Source of the DNA: Callorhinchus milii
Taxonomy: Eukaryota
NCBI RefSeq assembly: GCF_018977255.1
Contig: NW_024704742.1
Span: 7,008,001 to 7,072,000 of the forward strand
Direction of reading: 5' to 3'
Length of the DNA stretch: 64,000 nucleotides
The position numbers and the translations under genes were made by a program. Below the pieces are notes generated by a model that worked only from the letters and a program-made list of their open reading frames with translations, searched no databases and was not told where the DNA came from. Positions 48,951 to 63,194 of this stretch are shown here, one piece after another. Every line of letters begins with the position of its first letter. The first letter of the stretch is position 1.

Positions 48951-49639
48951 TTATTTTTTTACCATCAACATTTCATATTTCTACCCACTCCACGTCAGGA
49001 CTGTATTCCCCCTATGTACCTACTTCTTGTCCGAGATTTCTTCCTTCCACATTGTAATATAACTCAATCCAAGTCACAGGTAGCTTCTTTATTTGGTCTT
49101 TCTAAACTCTCATTAACTCCCAGTGTCATTTTATTCTTCCTCTCATTGGCTTCTCATCAATTCAATACACATAACAGACTCCTACCCACTCATAGAGTCC
49201 CTGAAATCCCTTTCCCACCCAACTACCTACCCTCCACAATTAATCCTCCACACGCTGTTTAGTATCTGTCTCTGATATCCTCTCTTTCATCCATTGCTCT
49301 AAGTACCCCTCCCGCAAGTTAGTCAACATAAGACACAGAGATATATTGGCCTGAGTGATAATGATAGGTACCCTATTATTAGAGCTTCTGATTTTGAAAC
49401 ACCCAAATAAAAGACCCCTGATACAAACAAAATAGTGTTCATCCAATAAATGTCCAATAGTGTGACCTGTCCTGACAAGAGGGCACCTCTCTCTCTCTCT
49501 ATCTCCTCTCACACACTCCTGACCACGATCATCTATGCACATGGAGGGGAAAGAGTACACCTCACATGTGCATTCCCTGACACAACATTGTTTTTGAGTG
49601 ATATAGGATCAGCTTATTGCTGCTGTTCAATATAAATCA

Positions 49640-50260
49640 TAGATTAGGCTAGAGCTGGAGTACTGTGTCCAGGTTAGGGTGTCTCACTTCAAGAAAGATG
49701 TTATGGCCTTAAAGGAGATTTACGCACAAAATATACAGTCAATTCACTTCGCAGTATATGCTGTGAAGTGCTTTGAGATGTCTCAAAGACGTGATAAGGC
49801 GCTATATCTAATGAAGGATTATTATTTTATGATTATGATGATGAAAGGTTACAGTTATGAGGAGAGATTGGAGAAGATCAATCTGTTTTCGAGCTGCAGG
49901 GCAGAGAAGGTTGAGAGTGGACAAAATTATGAAAGGGTTTGACCGGCTAAATCAACAGAGGTTATTTCCATTGAAAGGGAAATCAACGAGTAGGAGAGAG
50001 ATTTAAAAAATAGCCACAAGAATAGCGAAAGAAGAACTTAGGAGGAATTTTTTCAACCAAGAGAGTTGGGATGTCCAAAGCCCTGCTGAATTGGGCAGTG
50101 GAGGTGGAGTTCGTTGCAGTTTTGAAGAGAGAAATAGACAGGCATACAAAAGAGAGAAGATTAAATGAATATGGAGATAAGGTGGGATTGAATTGCTCTG
50201 TGAATTGGTGCGGACTCAATGGGCCAATTGGGCCCGTTCTGCGCTGTACCTTTCTATGTT
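49640..50260 (+). mobile_element. CR1 LINE 3' fragment with an embedded SINE tail (~49720-49830)
   Basis: LEYCVQ...FKKD and YEERLEK remnants, plus a CR1-type 3' UTR (GGGCCAATTGGGCCCGTTCTGCGCTGTA). Confidence 0.75.
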
Positions 50261-51154
50261 CTTGTTTTGCTACTAAATTTACAGACAGAAGCAATGGGAT
50301 TGAGTAAGGGAGCATTGTTTGAACAGCCTCAGATCAACAAAGGGTGAAATTTCACTTGTTGGTTAAGGCAATAACCTTACCAAGCATGCAACTTAACGAT
50401 GGGGAAAATCACTTTATATGCACATGCTGCCAGGGTCTGAACTTCCATCAGCCACATTTTGGGAAGAGAAACTGCAGTAGACACTTTGGGAAAGAAGCCA
50501 TCCATGCCCTTGGCAGCTTTGTGGAGGGAAAGAGCATTCTAAGTGATCTTGGAGCAGAAAAGAATGAGCCAGTTTAAATGGTCTTAAACGTGGCACCAGA
50601 TGTGGGGAAATTGTGCACATTTTCCATCCAGTGACATGGCAGCTAGGGCCATTACCATCTCTGTTTACCATGAGCGGTACAATAATTTATTGGTAACATT
50701 TGTGTAAAGGAACAAAACCCGAGTCGAGGATGCATTCGTCAACGTTCCTGGCAATGATATGAATCTATAATAAACCACTGAAGTAGATTTTGTATAATGA
50801 AAATCACTGCACAGTGACAGTTCACAGTTCACTTTGCTCACTGAACATACAGTTTTATAATAAACATTTCATTATGACAATAGGGAATATATCTTAATCA
50901 TATTTCAGAATAATTACAGAAATAGAATGGGCACTTACTTACACTGAAGAACTGTCTGGTCGGAATGATTTGAAGACATGAATGAACCAATTTATCTGAA
51001 ATGCAATTTGTTGTAACATGATTATGTTTTCTGCTTTGTTCGGATAAACATTGGCTGGTGGAAAGAAATAGAGAGTAACAGTGTATTTGTAAACTTTTTA
51101 TAACTAGTGTTTATTGCAAATTAATAATCGAGGCTGCAACATATAGTCAAATAT

Positions 51155-51460
51155 GTGAAGTCCTGTAGCTCAGTGGTTAGAGCAATCACCTCTGGGGTCG
51201 ATACCTGGCAGGGCGAAACCTTGGGCAAGTTTCCTTACTCCACACGCCTGATAATAATCCCTCAAAAAATACAAAGAAAAATAATAATGTGGTCACTCAA
51301 TCCACGACTGTTTGTGGAACGCTGCTGTGTGCAATTGGCTGCCGCGTTTTGCCCACAAATATACAGTCAATTCACTTTACAGTATATTCTTTAAAGCGTT
51401 TTGAGTCATCTCGAAAACGTGAAAAGCGCTATATCAAATGCAAGGTTTATTATATTATTA
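51155..51460 (+). mobile_element. tRNA-SINE (short-body type)
   Basis: Head with internal deletion, body and tail. Confidence 0.85.
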
Positions 51461-52909
51461 TAAATATTCATAAAATGTATGGTTGGTATTTTGCATAGAC
51501 GTCCCAAGCCAGCGCCTTTGGACATCTTCTGGAAAGACGCTATGCAAATGTAATTTTGTATTGTATTTACAGCTTGAACACTTTTCCCTGTTTAAACTTG
51601 GTAAATGATCACTAATGGTATCACTAAGGGTGTGTTTTTAGCAGGATTCTTTAATAAGGAATCTGAGGTACGACAATTGAACACCTTCTAGTTACCCCTA
51701 ATCATATCGGCCCTCAACCTTCTCTTCTCCAGTGTGAACATGCCCAGTTTATCTAATCACTTCTCATAGTCCAGTCCCTCCGTCCCCTCAATCAATTACT
51801 ACCCTTTACTTCTGCATCTCGTTCCCCCCCCCATTCTGCACCAATCTCTCCAAATACCATCTAAAAACCTACCTTTTCAACAGTCACAAAGCGCTCTGAG
51901 ATGTTATTTTACATGAGATAAATGCAAATTATATTTTAAAAAAAGCAGCAAAAATTTGCCAAAGCTTAATTTTTGCTTACAATTAATCTGAAACCAGACA
52001 ACGGGTGTCTATCTTATGATCTACATTAAAAATAGTCATCTATTTGTTATGCTTTTCTAATGAAATTAGAATTGCAGTCTACCTGGATTCTGTTTACTAG
52101 AGTCACTTTAGCACATCTGCCACAACTCATTTTTCATCAAACCACTCTGGTTATGTTGCGTAATGCTAAAAGCTTGATTGCAATATGCTTGTAATGAATG
52201 TGTGGCATAATGTAAAGGGAGATTCTCCCAGCGTCATGGCCGACAAACCCTCAAATAAAATTGGTCACTGTTTGTGAGACATTGCTGTGTGCAAATTGGC
52301 TGCCGAGTTCGCCCACTTCACAGTAAATCCTGTGATGCGCTTTTGGACGTCCTCCTGACAACGGAAGGTGTTATAGCAAATGCATAGATTAATATTATTA
52401 TAAATGGGGATGGGAGAAGTTGCCTTGGGGTCCTGTTCTTAGCTCTCCTGGAGGAGGTTTATATTTCAGGAGTAGTGTGAGGTAGAATTGTGGCAGGTAT
52501 GACTTGTGCTCCTTTGAGGTCGATTGAAGCAGGCCAGTGTTCGCTGAGCAAAACGAAGATCTCTGTGAATAGTATTAATTTCCCTTGGATTTATAGCCTG
52601 CCTGCATAGATTGATGTCATCAGCAAATTATAAAATGCAGCTGGAACGATTTGTCATGTACTGTTTGAAGTGTGCGTGAACAGAGAGCGGTATCTGCAAA
52701 TCTCCACTCAGCACCGGGTGGGACTGGGACTCATAGAAACAAAAGCAACCACTGTTCTACACGTGGATTTTCATTACGAGTAATTGACTATCTCTTATAT
52801 TTGTGATGGATGCATTGTATGGCAAGAAGTCTCAACACTTAAACAAGCAATGAGGTAGAGTTTGTGGTCGTGCTTAAACATTTGAGATTTATTAAGCAAA
52901 GATCATTTG

Positions 52910-53600
52910 GGAGCAACTAATCTTTCCTCTTGAATCTGAAGGTTGTGGGTCCCAGCTCCACATCACGACTTTGAGCTCACAGTCCAGGCTGATACTCCAG
53001 GGCAATGCTGGAGGGCGCTGTGTTGTCAGAGGTCCATCAGATGAAACATCAAACCAAGATCTCGTGGATTCCTGTAGCGTATTGGTTAGAGCTCCACCTC
53101 CCGGCAGGGCGAAACGTTAGGCAAGTTTCCTTACTTCACACGCCTCTGTTCACCCAGCGGTAAGTAGGAACCCGGTTGTTAGTCGATTGGTGGATCGGTT
53201 TTCCGGGGGTAATAACCCTTTCAAAAAAACAATTAAAATTATAATTTGGTCACTCAATCCACGGCTGTTTGCTGCTGTGCGCAATCGGCTGCCGTGTTTT
53301 GCCCACAAAATATACAGTGAATTCATTTTACTGTGAAGAGCTTTGAGATGTCTCGAAGACATGATAAGGCGCTATATCAAATGCAAGGATTATTATTATT
53401 ATTATTATTATTATATACGGTCGCATCTGGCTCCTTATGTGGACATGTGGATACCATCCACTATTCAACAAATGGAGTTTCTCCCCATATCCTGGACGAT
53501 AAAACACCCAGATATAAAATTGGTCACTCACTTCATTGCTCTTTGTGGAACATTGCTCTGTGCAAATTGGATGCTATATCAAGTGCAAGGATTGTTTTGA
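52910..53600 (+). mobile_element. LF-SINE-like element interrupted by a subfamily A tRNA-SINE (53066-53413)
   Basis: LF-SINE-like motifs on both sides of a near-complete young SINE. Confidence 0.75.
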
Positions 53601-54394
53601 TTACTTTGTTTCTTATTTTAATTAAAAAGTGTTTGATAGCAATAAATAGTGGAGCACACCTCTCCCAGTAAAGTGGAATCACCTTCTTCTAACTCGCTTG
53701 ACCGCCTTTTTTTTAAATGAATGATGTTTTGAAATGCAATTTTTATTCATCGAGGCAGCTTCGAACTTTTGTTTCAATTTGACATTTGCTTTCTGTGCTA
53801 AATCAATCAAAAACAGGAGAATTGCTGGTTTTTCCTTGCCCAGGAATAATTTTGAACCGATCTTTAGACCCGAGGCTAAATGGTTCTTAATTAACACTAA
53901 GAATTCTTTAAAAAATACCTTAAATTCAACCTTATAATTTCTCACTTAAACTGTTAGAAACGAAATAATCTGAGGTTGGTAGGGGATTGTGTTTTAGTAT
54001 CTAAATTGTTAATATCTTTGGCTTTGAGAGTATAGTTATATTCAACCTCCCACTGGGATATTTTGGATCTGTGCCAAATATTTTACCTCAGGGGAAGGGG
54101 GTAATAAAGATGGATTTTTGGTCCAATTGTAAATAAAATAAAACTTCCCCAAAATAATGTCAGAATTGATAAACTTAAATACCCATGATTTTATGAAGGA
54201 TTGTCAGATATGATAGATTCAGAAAGTTCCAACTACCAAAGAAAAATACCAGAAAGCACTTGGGTTGCTCAAGAGCATTGGATAGGTCTTTGGACATCAA
54301 TTTCTCTTCTGCTTGCTATAGATTGAAACAAGCATGCAAGTTGAGAATGGATTTTACTTTAGTTCTGGTGTTCAATCGGGTGTTCGTCTGCCTT

Positions 54395-55060
54395 AGTAGC
54401 ACTGGGCTCTGTGGCAGAAGGTTGTGGGTTCAAGCCCCATGTCGGGACTCTGAATTTACAATCTAGGCAGAGACTGGGGGAGCACTGCATTGGACGTACT
54501 GTCGTAGGAACGTAGGAACAGGAGTAGGACATTCAGCCCCTTGAGCCCGTTCCGCCATTCCATAAGATCACGGCTGATCTGTATCTCAACGCCAATTATT
54601 CGCCTTTGCTCCGTATCCCTTGATACCCCGACCTAACCAATATCTATCCACCTCAGTCTTGAACATTTGAATGGATCCAGCGTCCACAACCTTTTGGGGG
54701 AGAGAGAGTTCCAGATTTCTACTACCCTTTGGGTGGAAAAATGTCTCCTGATTTCACTCCTAAATGGCCTGACTCTAATTTTAAGATTATGCCCCCTTGT
54801 TCGGGATTCGGGATTTTGAGAGCACCATTTCCATACGAGATCCAAGATTCCCCAGGATTGCAACCCCTCCTCCCAATATTGCAACCCATACTCCTGAGGC
54901 CCTGACTAACAATCCACCAGTAAAATTGCTCATTCACTTCATGGATGTTTGTGGGACTTTGTCTTGCGCAAAACTGGCTGCCACGTTCACAAAATAAAAC
55001 GCTGTGAGTGCTTCGAGACATCCCCCAACATGAAAGACGCAATATCAAGCGCAAAGATTA
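54395..55060. mobile_element. LF-SINE-like element (plus) interrupted by a CR1 3' fragment (minus, ~54505-54810)
   Basis: CR1 remnant SRTRGHNLKIR..FSTQRVVEIWNSL and (TCCTACGT)-like tail, flanked by LF-SINE-like halves. Confidence 0.75.
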
Positions 55061-56259
55061 TTGTGCATGAACTGGCCTTTAGAAAAGTGTGGCTGGAATC
55101 CTGTGGAGGAGAAACAGATGTGTCATTACACAATGCTGGACACTAGAGGACACTGCGGGACTGGGCAACACAAGGCATTCTGCTGCAACACCAAATACAA
55201 TGCAAAAAACCCTTGTGACACGAAGGGACAGTGGTTTCGAAAGACAACGCATTTCTATTGGAAATCCTCAAATATTAATCTGTTAATGCTTTTCATGCAA
55301 AAGCATTAATGGGTTTGCCTATAAACACAGGAAACTCCTGTAAAATGCTTTGAGACATCTTAACGACATGATAAGGTGCTATATCAAATTCAAGGATTAT
55401 TATTATTAATAACAGTGTTGCTATAACTCATTTTAAGAGCAAAATGATTTGTTCCATATGGTTTCTCCATTTCTGCTTTCTGGCTGTTTGTGGAACATTG
55501 CTGTGTGCAAATTCGCTGCTGGGTTTCATCTACAAAAACACAAGTCACTGCACATTACTGCAGATTCCGATGGAGCTCTTGCAGATGTTTTGACGAGGGG
55601 TTAATGCGCTAAATGAAATGCAAAGTTTATTTGCTTTTATTATTTCTCTGCAGCAATACACTTTCGAGCTGCTAGTTTGGGTCTGGGCTAAACGTGGATG
55701 TGTTTTTTATGCTAAAATGCACCGTGCAAGCTTTTAAACTTCACACTTAATGTGAAAGGAGACGTGAGAAATAAAACCCACCGCTCACGCTGCTGGATTT
55801 GAGGCAGCTGCAAATCACAGTGTTTTGGATCTGACCTGAATAAACAACCTGGTTCGAATCCCGCCACTGGCTTTCTGCCCTAATGTCCAACCCAGTGCAC
55901 CAGACTGTAATTTGATGCAGTCTGACAAATGCCTCAACTCCAGGGACGTGAAATGCTGTGTAAATGAAGGATGAGATCAGATTCAGCACCTCAGGCCAAA
56001 GGATTCCAACTGAATTCAGTCTGCCACGAAGGAGAAGGGAGGGGTGGGGGAAGGGATAATCTGCTGAGCTTGTGTAGTGACCCGTTCATTGTCGTAGGGG
56101 CAACAGAAGAGGCAGCGTGGGTCACCGTGACTGAATACAAAGAGTAAGACTATATTCGTTCTTTATCAAAGGAGGTTTGCGACTGTCACTTTCAGTTTAC
56201 CAATTGACGAGCGTAGGATTTCCCCTCTCCTAACTCCGTACCCCGCCACAATTTACACA

Positions 56260-56810
56260 TATAAAATATCCTTGCATTCTGTATGGCGCCTTTCACATTG
56301 GGAGGACGTCCCACAGACACGGGATAATAATAATAATCCTTGCAATTTGATATAGCACCTTATCACGTCTTCGAGACGTCTCAAAGCGCTTCGCAGAATA
56401 TACTGTAAAGTGAATTGACTATATTTTATGGACGAAACATAGCAGCCAATTGCGCACAGCAGCGTCCTACAAACAGTTGTGGTTTGAGTGACCAAATAAT
56501 TGTTATTTTTAAAATTTGGAAGGGTTATTATCACGGAAAAGTGATCCGCCAATCGACTAACAACTGGGTTCCTATTTACAGCTCGGTAAACAGAGGTGTG
56601 TGTATTAAAAAAAGTTGCCCGATGTTTCACCCTCTCGGGAATCAAACCCAGGTCCTCTCGTTTGCGAGGCAAGTGTTCTAACTACTAAGCCACAGGACTC
56701 TTGTGAAGTGAAGTGACTGTATATTTGTGGGTGAATGTGGCAGCGCAATTGCACAAAGCACATCTCACAAGCAGCCATGAAGTAAGTGAATGATCAATTT
56801 TATTGGGGTA
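56260..56810 (-). mobile_element. Subfamily A tRNA-SINE (56324-56700) nested in an older SINE tail
   Basis: Older tail fragments at ~56260-56320 and ~56701-56810 flank a full-length copy. Confidence 0.8.
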
Positions 56811-57204
56811 TCGTTGGGTATTGTGACACCGAAAGAAATTCCCTTCTCTTTTCGCAGAGTGCTGTGGAAATCTATAGTGAAAGACGATTGTGTCGGGGAC
56901 CAGCACATGGGGATCGCTAATACAGTGCCTTTTCCTACTTTACCTGCTCCTAAAATAGAGCCTTGATTTTGAAAAGGGCCGTAGGCTCCTCCGTGCTCTT
57001 TCAGAGGAAGGTGTTTTTAAATTTGATTGCCTCCGAGCACAAGATAAAGATTGTCTCAAATTTCACGTCTTGTAAGTCCTCCCAGACGCACAACAAGTTG
57101 TCCTTCTGTAGCGCGAAAAGCACCTTCTTAATGAATAGGGAACAGGTTAAGTTGTATGTCTCCCTGTCCCTCACTGTGAAGCACACAATTAGACTTAGGA
57201 TTCC

Positions 57205-57550
57205 ATCGCAACAACAACAACTTGCATTTATATAGCGCCCTTCAGGCAGGGTAGTGTCCCCGAGTGCTTCACAGTGCGTCACAGACTCTGACAACAAGCC
57301 AAGGAGAGGGGAGCTGACCGTAAGCATGATCAAAAAGTAAGGTCTTTAGACAGGCTTTGAAGGTGGGGCGGAAGGGGGCAAGGTCGAGGGATTGAGGGAG
57401 AGTGTTACAGAGTTTCGGAGCGTAGTGGCTGAAGGCATGGCCAACGATGGTGGGACAAATAAGAGGCCTGAGCCGGCCGATCGGAGGCAGCGGTTGGTGG
57501 AGTGCGGGGGTAGGCAGGTCAGAGAGGTAGGGAGGTGCGAGGGCATCAAG
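57205..57550 (-). mobile_element. L2 LINE 3' fragment
   Basis: (CAA)n-CTTGCATTTATATAGCGCC tail and LRSAGSGLL remnant. Confidence 0.75.
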
Positions 57551-59087
57551 TGAGGATCATCTCTAACTCCATCAAGTGAAAACCATCGAGAGGATCTTGA
57601 AGCCGATCTTGAAGTTTTGATCTCTTAAAAATACGAAGCCTGAAGTTGTACTTTAGGGTCAAAGGATTTCCACAAATTATACATTATCAAAATACAATTG
57701 TATTGTATTGGGGAGTTCCCAAGATATTTTCAGTTTCTTTGTAAAAGAAGTCTGTTAGGAGTCATTTTTTTTCTCCAATGAGTGAACGAGGTTAGGCCTG
57801 CTCTTCCCCCATTAACTGAATCAGACTGAATCGCGTTCCACTTAGGGAATGAGGGTTGTCCCCACAGACGAGCCCTAATCCCCCCAAAATCCCCCCAAAA
57901 CTCTTCTCGGCTCAAAATTATCAAAGGACAGTGCGGTGCCTGAATCACGACCACCCGAGCAAGTCAGGTGATGGGATGATCTCTCCAGCAGGGCAAGCCC
58001 GGCCTGAGCCTAGTGCCTTATCTGTTCGGAGTATCATTATATATTAGACTCCATTTTGGATACAAATGCTTTTAGAATGTGAATATCACCTCATTGGACT
58101 TAATATATATCTATTCCCCCCCCCACCCCACACACACTTCCTCCTTCTCACCTCCTCTCTCACCCCCACTCTTTCCCCCACTAAGATGATGGCAGAGATA
58201 GGCATAGATTCTGACTTAAGATGTTTTGGCAGTGATGTGACATCGATGTAATGTCTTATTGTATCCCACATGCATCCATACCTTTGAATGGGATTGCTGT
58301 TTCTCATGAACTAGTTACCAACCAACCAACCATCCATCCATATATCTATCAGAAGAGTTGGTTCAATTGGGAAATCTATAATATTGTTCAATGGGTCTAT
58401 TGTTGTTTGGTGAAATTGCTTTTCTGTTTGGAGAAGACAACAGCATGGACGCATATTACTGAGACCGATCAATCTAACCTACTGTTTATCTCAACAAAAA
58501 GATGCGATAATTGAACCCGTTTCCTTTGAGACAGTATTTCTGGTGAGATAAATGGCATCATAGAATGGCTGGGATTTTTTTCCCTTTGAATTAATTATTT
58601 ACTTTGGGAGACGTACTGATCTGAATAAAGGTAAAATCATAGCCTGCTGTGCAATCGTATCACAGATTTCAGAGGACATTGGTTGGAAATGTCAGGTCAC
58701 AAGTCAGACAGAACCCAATAAAATCGATGAGAGGTTTGGATTCTTTCCATATACTATGGATTGCTTGCTGCCCTCAGCAAAGCTGAATGAGGCATGAGAA
58801 ATCAATATCTTAACCTGGAAGCTGCCAAACATTTTTCAACAGTACAGAAATAGCAATGTTATGTCAACTTCAATCTTATTTATTCCTGGCTTGATGTCCA
58901 ATACACGCAGTCACTGGATCCTTCTTCACACATTACACATACTTTGGCGAGAGCATTCCAGGAGCTTGTCTGTACTGTGAGGCCAGATTCTGTTCACTCA
59001 AGTTATACCTAAAAGTTCAATGAGGTTATACGAATATATTTTATTGAAAATAAGTCTTGGTGACAATAACATTGCAGCTACATTGAA

Positions 59088-59530
59088 AGTTTCGCCCACA
59101 AAATATACAGTCAATTCACTTTGCAGCATATTCTGCGAAGCGCTTTAATAATAATAATAATAATCCTTGCATTTGATATAGCGCTTTTCACGTCGGGAGG
59201 ACGTCCCAAAGCGCTTCACAGAATATACTGTAAAGTGAATTGACTGTATATTTGTGGGCGAACGCGGCAGCCAATTGCGCACAGCAATGTCCCACAAACA
59301 GTCATAGATTGAAAATGACCAATTTAATTATTGTTTTTGGTTTTGGAGGGATTATTATTAGGCTCTGTGTGGAGTAAGGAAACTTGCCCAAGGTTTCGCC
59401 CTCTGCCTGGAATTGAACTCAGGTCTCTCGCTTGCAAAGCGAGTGCTCTAACCACTGAGCTACAGGACTCCGCTTTGAGACGTCTCGAAGACGTGATAAG
59501 GCTCTGTATCAAATGCAAGGATTATTATAA
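59088..59530. mobile_element. Full-length subfamily B SINE (minus, 59147-59471) inserted in a subfamily A tail (plus)
   Basis: Host tail breaks at GAAGCGCTTT and resumes CGCTTTGAGACGTCTCG; (C)GCTTT duplicated. Confidence 0.9.
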
Positions 59531-59584
59531 GAGATGTTGGGAGGTGGGGAAGGGTGACTGAAGTTCCAATCCCTTATATGTGTG

Positions 59585-59900
59585 TCAGGCTGGTGGCGTA
59601 GTAGCACTCTCACCTTGGAGTCAGAGGACTGTGGGTTCCAGTCCCACATTGGGACTTGGAATCATATAGTTTACGATGACGTTCCAATGCAGTGGGCTGC
59701 GATGGTGGAGGTACCATCTTTCAGATGAGACATTAAACCCAGTTCCCGTCCACCTGTTCAGGTGGATGTTAAGGATCCCATGACACTATTTGAAAAGAGA
59801 AGGGATTTTCTCCCGTTGATCCGGGAACAATCCCCCCAAATGAAAACTGCTCATTTATTTCATGGCCGTTTGTAAACTGACTGGCGTGTTTCGCCCCCAA
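59585..59900 (+). mobile_element. LF-SINE-like relic
   Basis: GTAGCACTCTCACC..GAGTCAGA; CAGATGAGACATTAAACC..CAGGTGGATGTTAAGGATCCCATGACACTATT. Confidence 0.7.
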
Positions 59901-62059
59901 AACACATAGTCAAAAAACACTTTTACACCCATTTTTATATCACATTTATACCCAAGAACAAGAGGCATGAAGGTTCTCCCTGTGTTTGGAATGGAATGTG
60001 CACTCTCTCACCTAGAGGGATGCATCCTGGCTACCTAAATCTGGAGAGCATTAAGTGCAGGTTGGCAAGAGCTAAGGCTTGGGGATCACAAAGTGTGCGT
60101 TGGGGGTACTGCTGAAGTTCAACTGCTTAAACTGCAAAGCTTGCCAATGAAAGCACTGTCTAGCAAGTTTCCTGTTGCTTTTCCAGCTAGTACACCTTAT
60201 CTATTAGGGCTTTCGCTTGTAGGAATAACAGGAGTTGAGTAGGAAGAATTCCTGCCCCCAGTGACTGGTCTGCCCTTCCAAGTCCAGCCAACAAACCAGG
60301 CTGGCTGTGCTGCCATCTGCAGGGTTCTGGACTGCAGACCCATCCAACCCAGGAACCGCCTCCCAAAACTGGCACAGAGGATTGACTTGATTCCAACATT
60401 TTGTTGCAAAGCACATCACCTTGGCTCAGCCCCAAGGAGACCTTCTTCCTTTCCCTAAGAAAAGACTTTCCTACAACATATGACGCTATGGAGAACTATC
60501 TATAGCTTTTGAGGTTGCACCCTTCGTGGAATGTAACGCCACGATGCAGCTCAACTTTCAATTTATTTGTAAAACTTTTTTTTAAAAATAAACTTCACTG
60601 TTGTCATAGAGTCTGTGTATTTTGTTAATTGTAAATTGATTTATAACCAGCAAAGTTTGCACAGACTGAATATGTTGACATGCTTTAAATCCATTTGCAG
60701 GATTAGCTGGAAGACTTTTGGAGGAGAAACAGTGCTTAAAACATTCAAAAGGAACGAGAAACCTAAACATGGGGCTTTACCAGATTTCAATCCACATTTG
60801 AAAATGTGTTAATAGAGGAGAACTGGGATAAACAAGGTCAGTATTTCCACCCAGTGGAGACTGAGCAGATAAACGTCAGCACTCAAATGGTTTCTCAAGA
60901 CTTAACTTGAGCAGTATTTGGTATGTGAGTGTATGTGACTGCACATATTATTATTATTTTGGGGGGGTCAGCCAGGTGTCTGACACATGCAGAAACCCAT
61001 CACCGTGCTTAAGAGTCTCCAAACCGAACTGAGATTTCCATGATTCCCACCTACACATGGAGAGAGATTGTTGGACTGGAATCCGCACGCTCTCCCTGGT
61101 TTGATGCATCCTGTTTACCTAATTCCAGAATGTATTAGTGCAAGTTGGCCAGAGCCAAGGCTTGGGGACCTCAGAGACCAGCACAGAGGGCTTGCTTGAT
61201 TCTGACATTCCTTTGCCAGTTCAGCTCCAAGGAGACCCCTCTAACTTCCCACCCAAGGAGGATAGTGCACATAGATTCCTGCCTTCACTACAAAAGAAAT
61301 GATACACAAGCACTATCCTGCCCAATAATCCCCCCAAATAAAATTGGTTATTTGTTTCATGGGTGTCTGGGAGACATTGCTGTGCGCAATTGTGGTGCAG
61401 AGTTCCTTATAAATACACAGTCACTCCATTTCATAGTAATACCTGTGCTATTATCAAATACAGCGATTATTGTTATGAACAGTTTTGTGAACTATACCAT
61501 ACAATATAAATTTACAATTATACAGTAACTTTCACGTCGAGAGGACACTTAACAATATTGGCTTGGAACCCGAGATGGTGGTGGGAGCCAAAGGGGAGTG
61601 GGGGGGGGGGATTGTTGAGCGAAATGTGGTCAAATAGGTAGGTTTTGAGATGGACCTTGAAGAAGTGAGGGAGACAGCGAGTCGGAGGGACTCAGTACAT
61701 TTCTTAGAGCAAAAAAAAACCGAGACTTATCATATTAAAAATTCTCAAAGCGATCCACAGGCAATTAGTGTCAAATCTAGTGACTGTAAGGGAGCCATTT
61801 GTACTAGCAAAGTCCCACACCCAGCCCTTGAGATGAAGGTCCAATTTATTTGAAGGATTGTTGGCCGAGACATTGGGAGAAACTCCCTTCTCTTTGCAAA
61901 TGGTATCATGGTATCTAACTTTAATTCAAAGTTTTTAAGGAGTTGTAAATAAGTTACCACCAATGAAAATAGAGAATGTTCATTTTACAGGCAATTATAA
62001 GAAAGATTTATTTCATTAAAAAAAACTCAAAACCTATCCTTCCTTCCTTTGTATATTTA

Positions 62060-62310
62060 TAGATCATCTTGCCAAGGTTAGAAATATTACCAAGGAAATA
62101 GTAAAAAGATAACTTAGCAGTAATATTTTCACCCAAAGAGTAGTTTGAATGTGGAACACTCTGTCAAATAAGATGGTGGGGGCAGAGTCCATTGCGTGAA
62201 AGAGAGGGGTTTGAAAGGCTATGGGGACATAAAGTGGGGCACTGGGATTGAAGCGATATCCTTGTTCTGCAAGCTTGTTGGACCAAATGACCTCTTTCTG
62301 CGCTGTAGAT
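62060..62310 (+). mobile_element. CR1 3' fragment
   Basis: FTQRVV-MWNTL remnant and CR1-type 3' UTR. Confidence 0.65.
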
Positions 62311-62508
62311 ATCTGTTTCTTTTTGAAAAGTAAAGGAGTTTCTCCCGGTATCCTGGTCAATCAGCCCCCAGTATAATTGGCCTTTTGTTTCATGGCTGTT
62401 TGTGGGACATTACTATGTGCAAATTGGCTGTAATGTTTACCCCAAAATACAGCCCACTTTACAATAAATCCTGTGAAACATTTCGAGGCATCCTCGTGAA
62501 ATGTAAGG

Positions 62509-62540
<32 letters not shown>

Positions 62541-63194
62541 GAGCAGAGCAGCAGTCAGCTCAGTCAGTTGAACTATTGCCTCCTACCACTGTATAGGTCC
62601 CAAGTTCAAGTCGCAAGGCTTCCTGCCATTCAGATCTGCTTGGCTCATTCGGAGAGTTTTCTCAGCTGCCAGCCAGGCGCCTGGCTGGAGGGAGTGGGGG
62701 AGTGATTTAAAAAAATATAGAAAAAGACATTTCAGTCCAAAGGTATGCTATACTGCATGGAAGCTGGGTTACGAAGCTAATAGCAGACTCAGTTACACAG
62801 GTCTCAAATCACTTGACTGTCCTACATACTGAACGTATATTTACAGCATCAACAAATCTCAGTGAAATAAATTCAGACAAGCACTGAGATAAATTAATGA
62901 TTCATTAAACGCTAACAGAAGCAATTCTGGAAACGAAATGTAGCAGGAAATTGTCCCAGTTCACATTGTTCAATAAATGATGGCACTGAGATACTTTTGA
63001 AGAATAAAAAGTGAAGCCAAGCTCAGTAGCAAAGCATGAACATAGATAGAATAGTCACCTCTGAGTGAGTTAGAAGGAGTTAGAGTGAGTTAGAAGGAAT
63101 GTTTCTATTGAAGGGGTCAGATGACGCCCAAAATTACAAGAGTAAAATAAACTGAGTTGCAATTGCTGACTTCAACCTTTTTGTATAATGTGTC

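Noticed and set aside
50700..51130. AT-rich unique block resembling a conserved non-coding element (also ~8680-8810, ~10030-10200, ~22150-22450)
   Set aside because: Impression only; needs cross-species alignment that cannot be run here.
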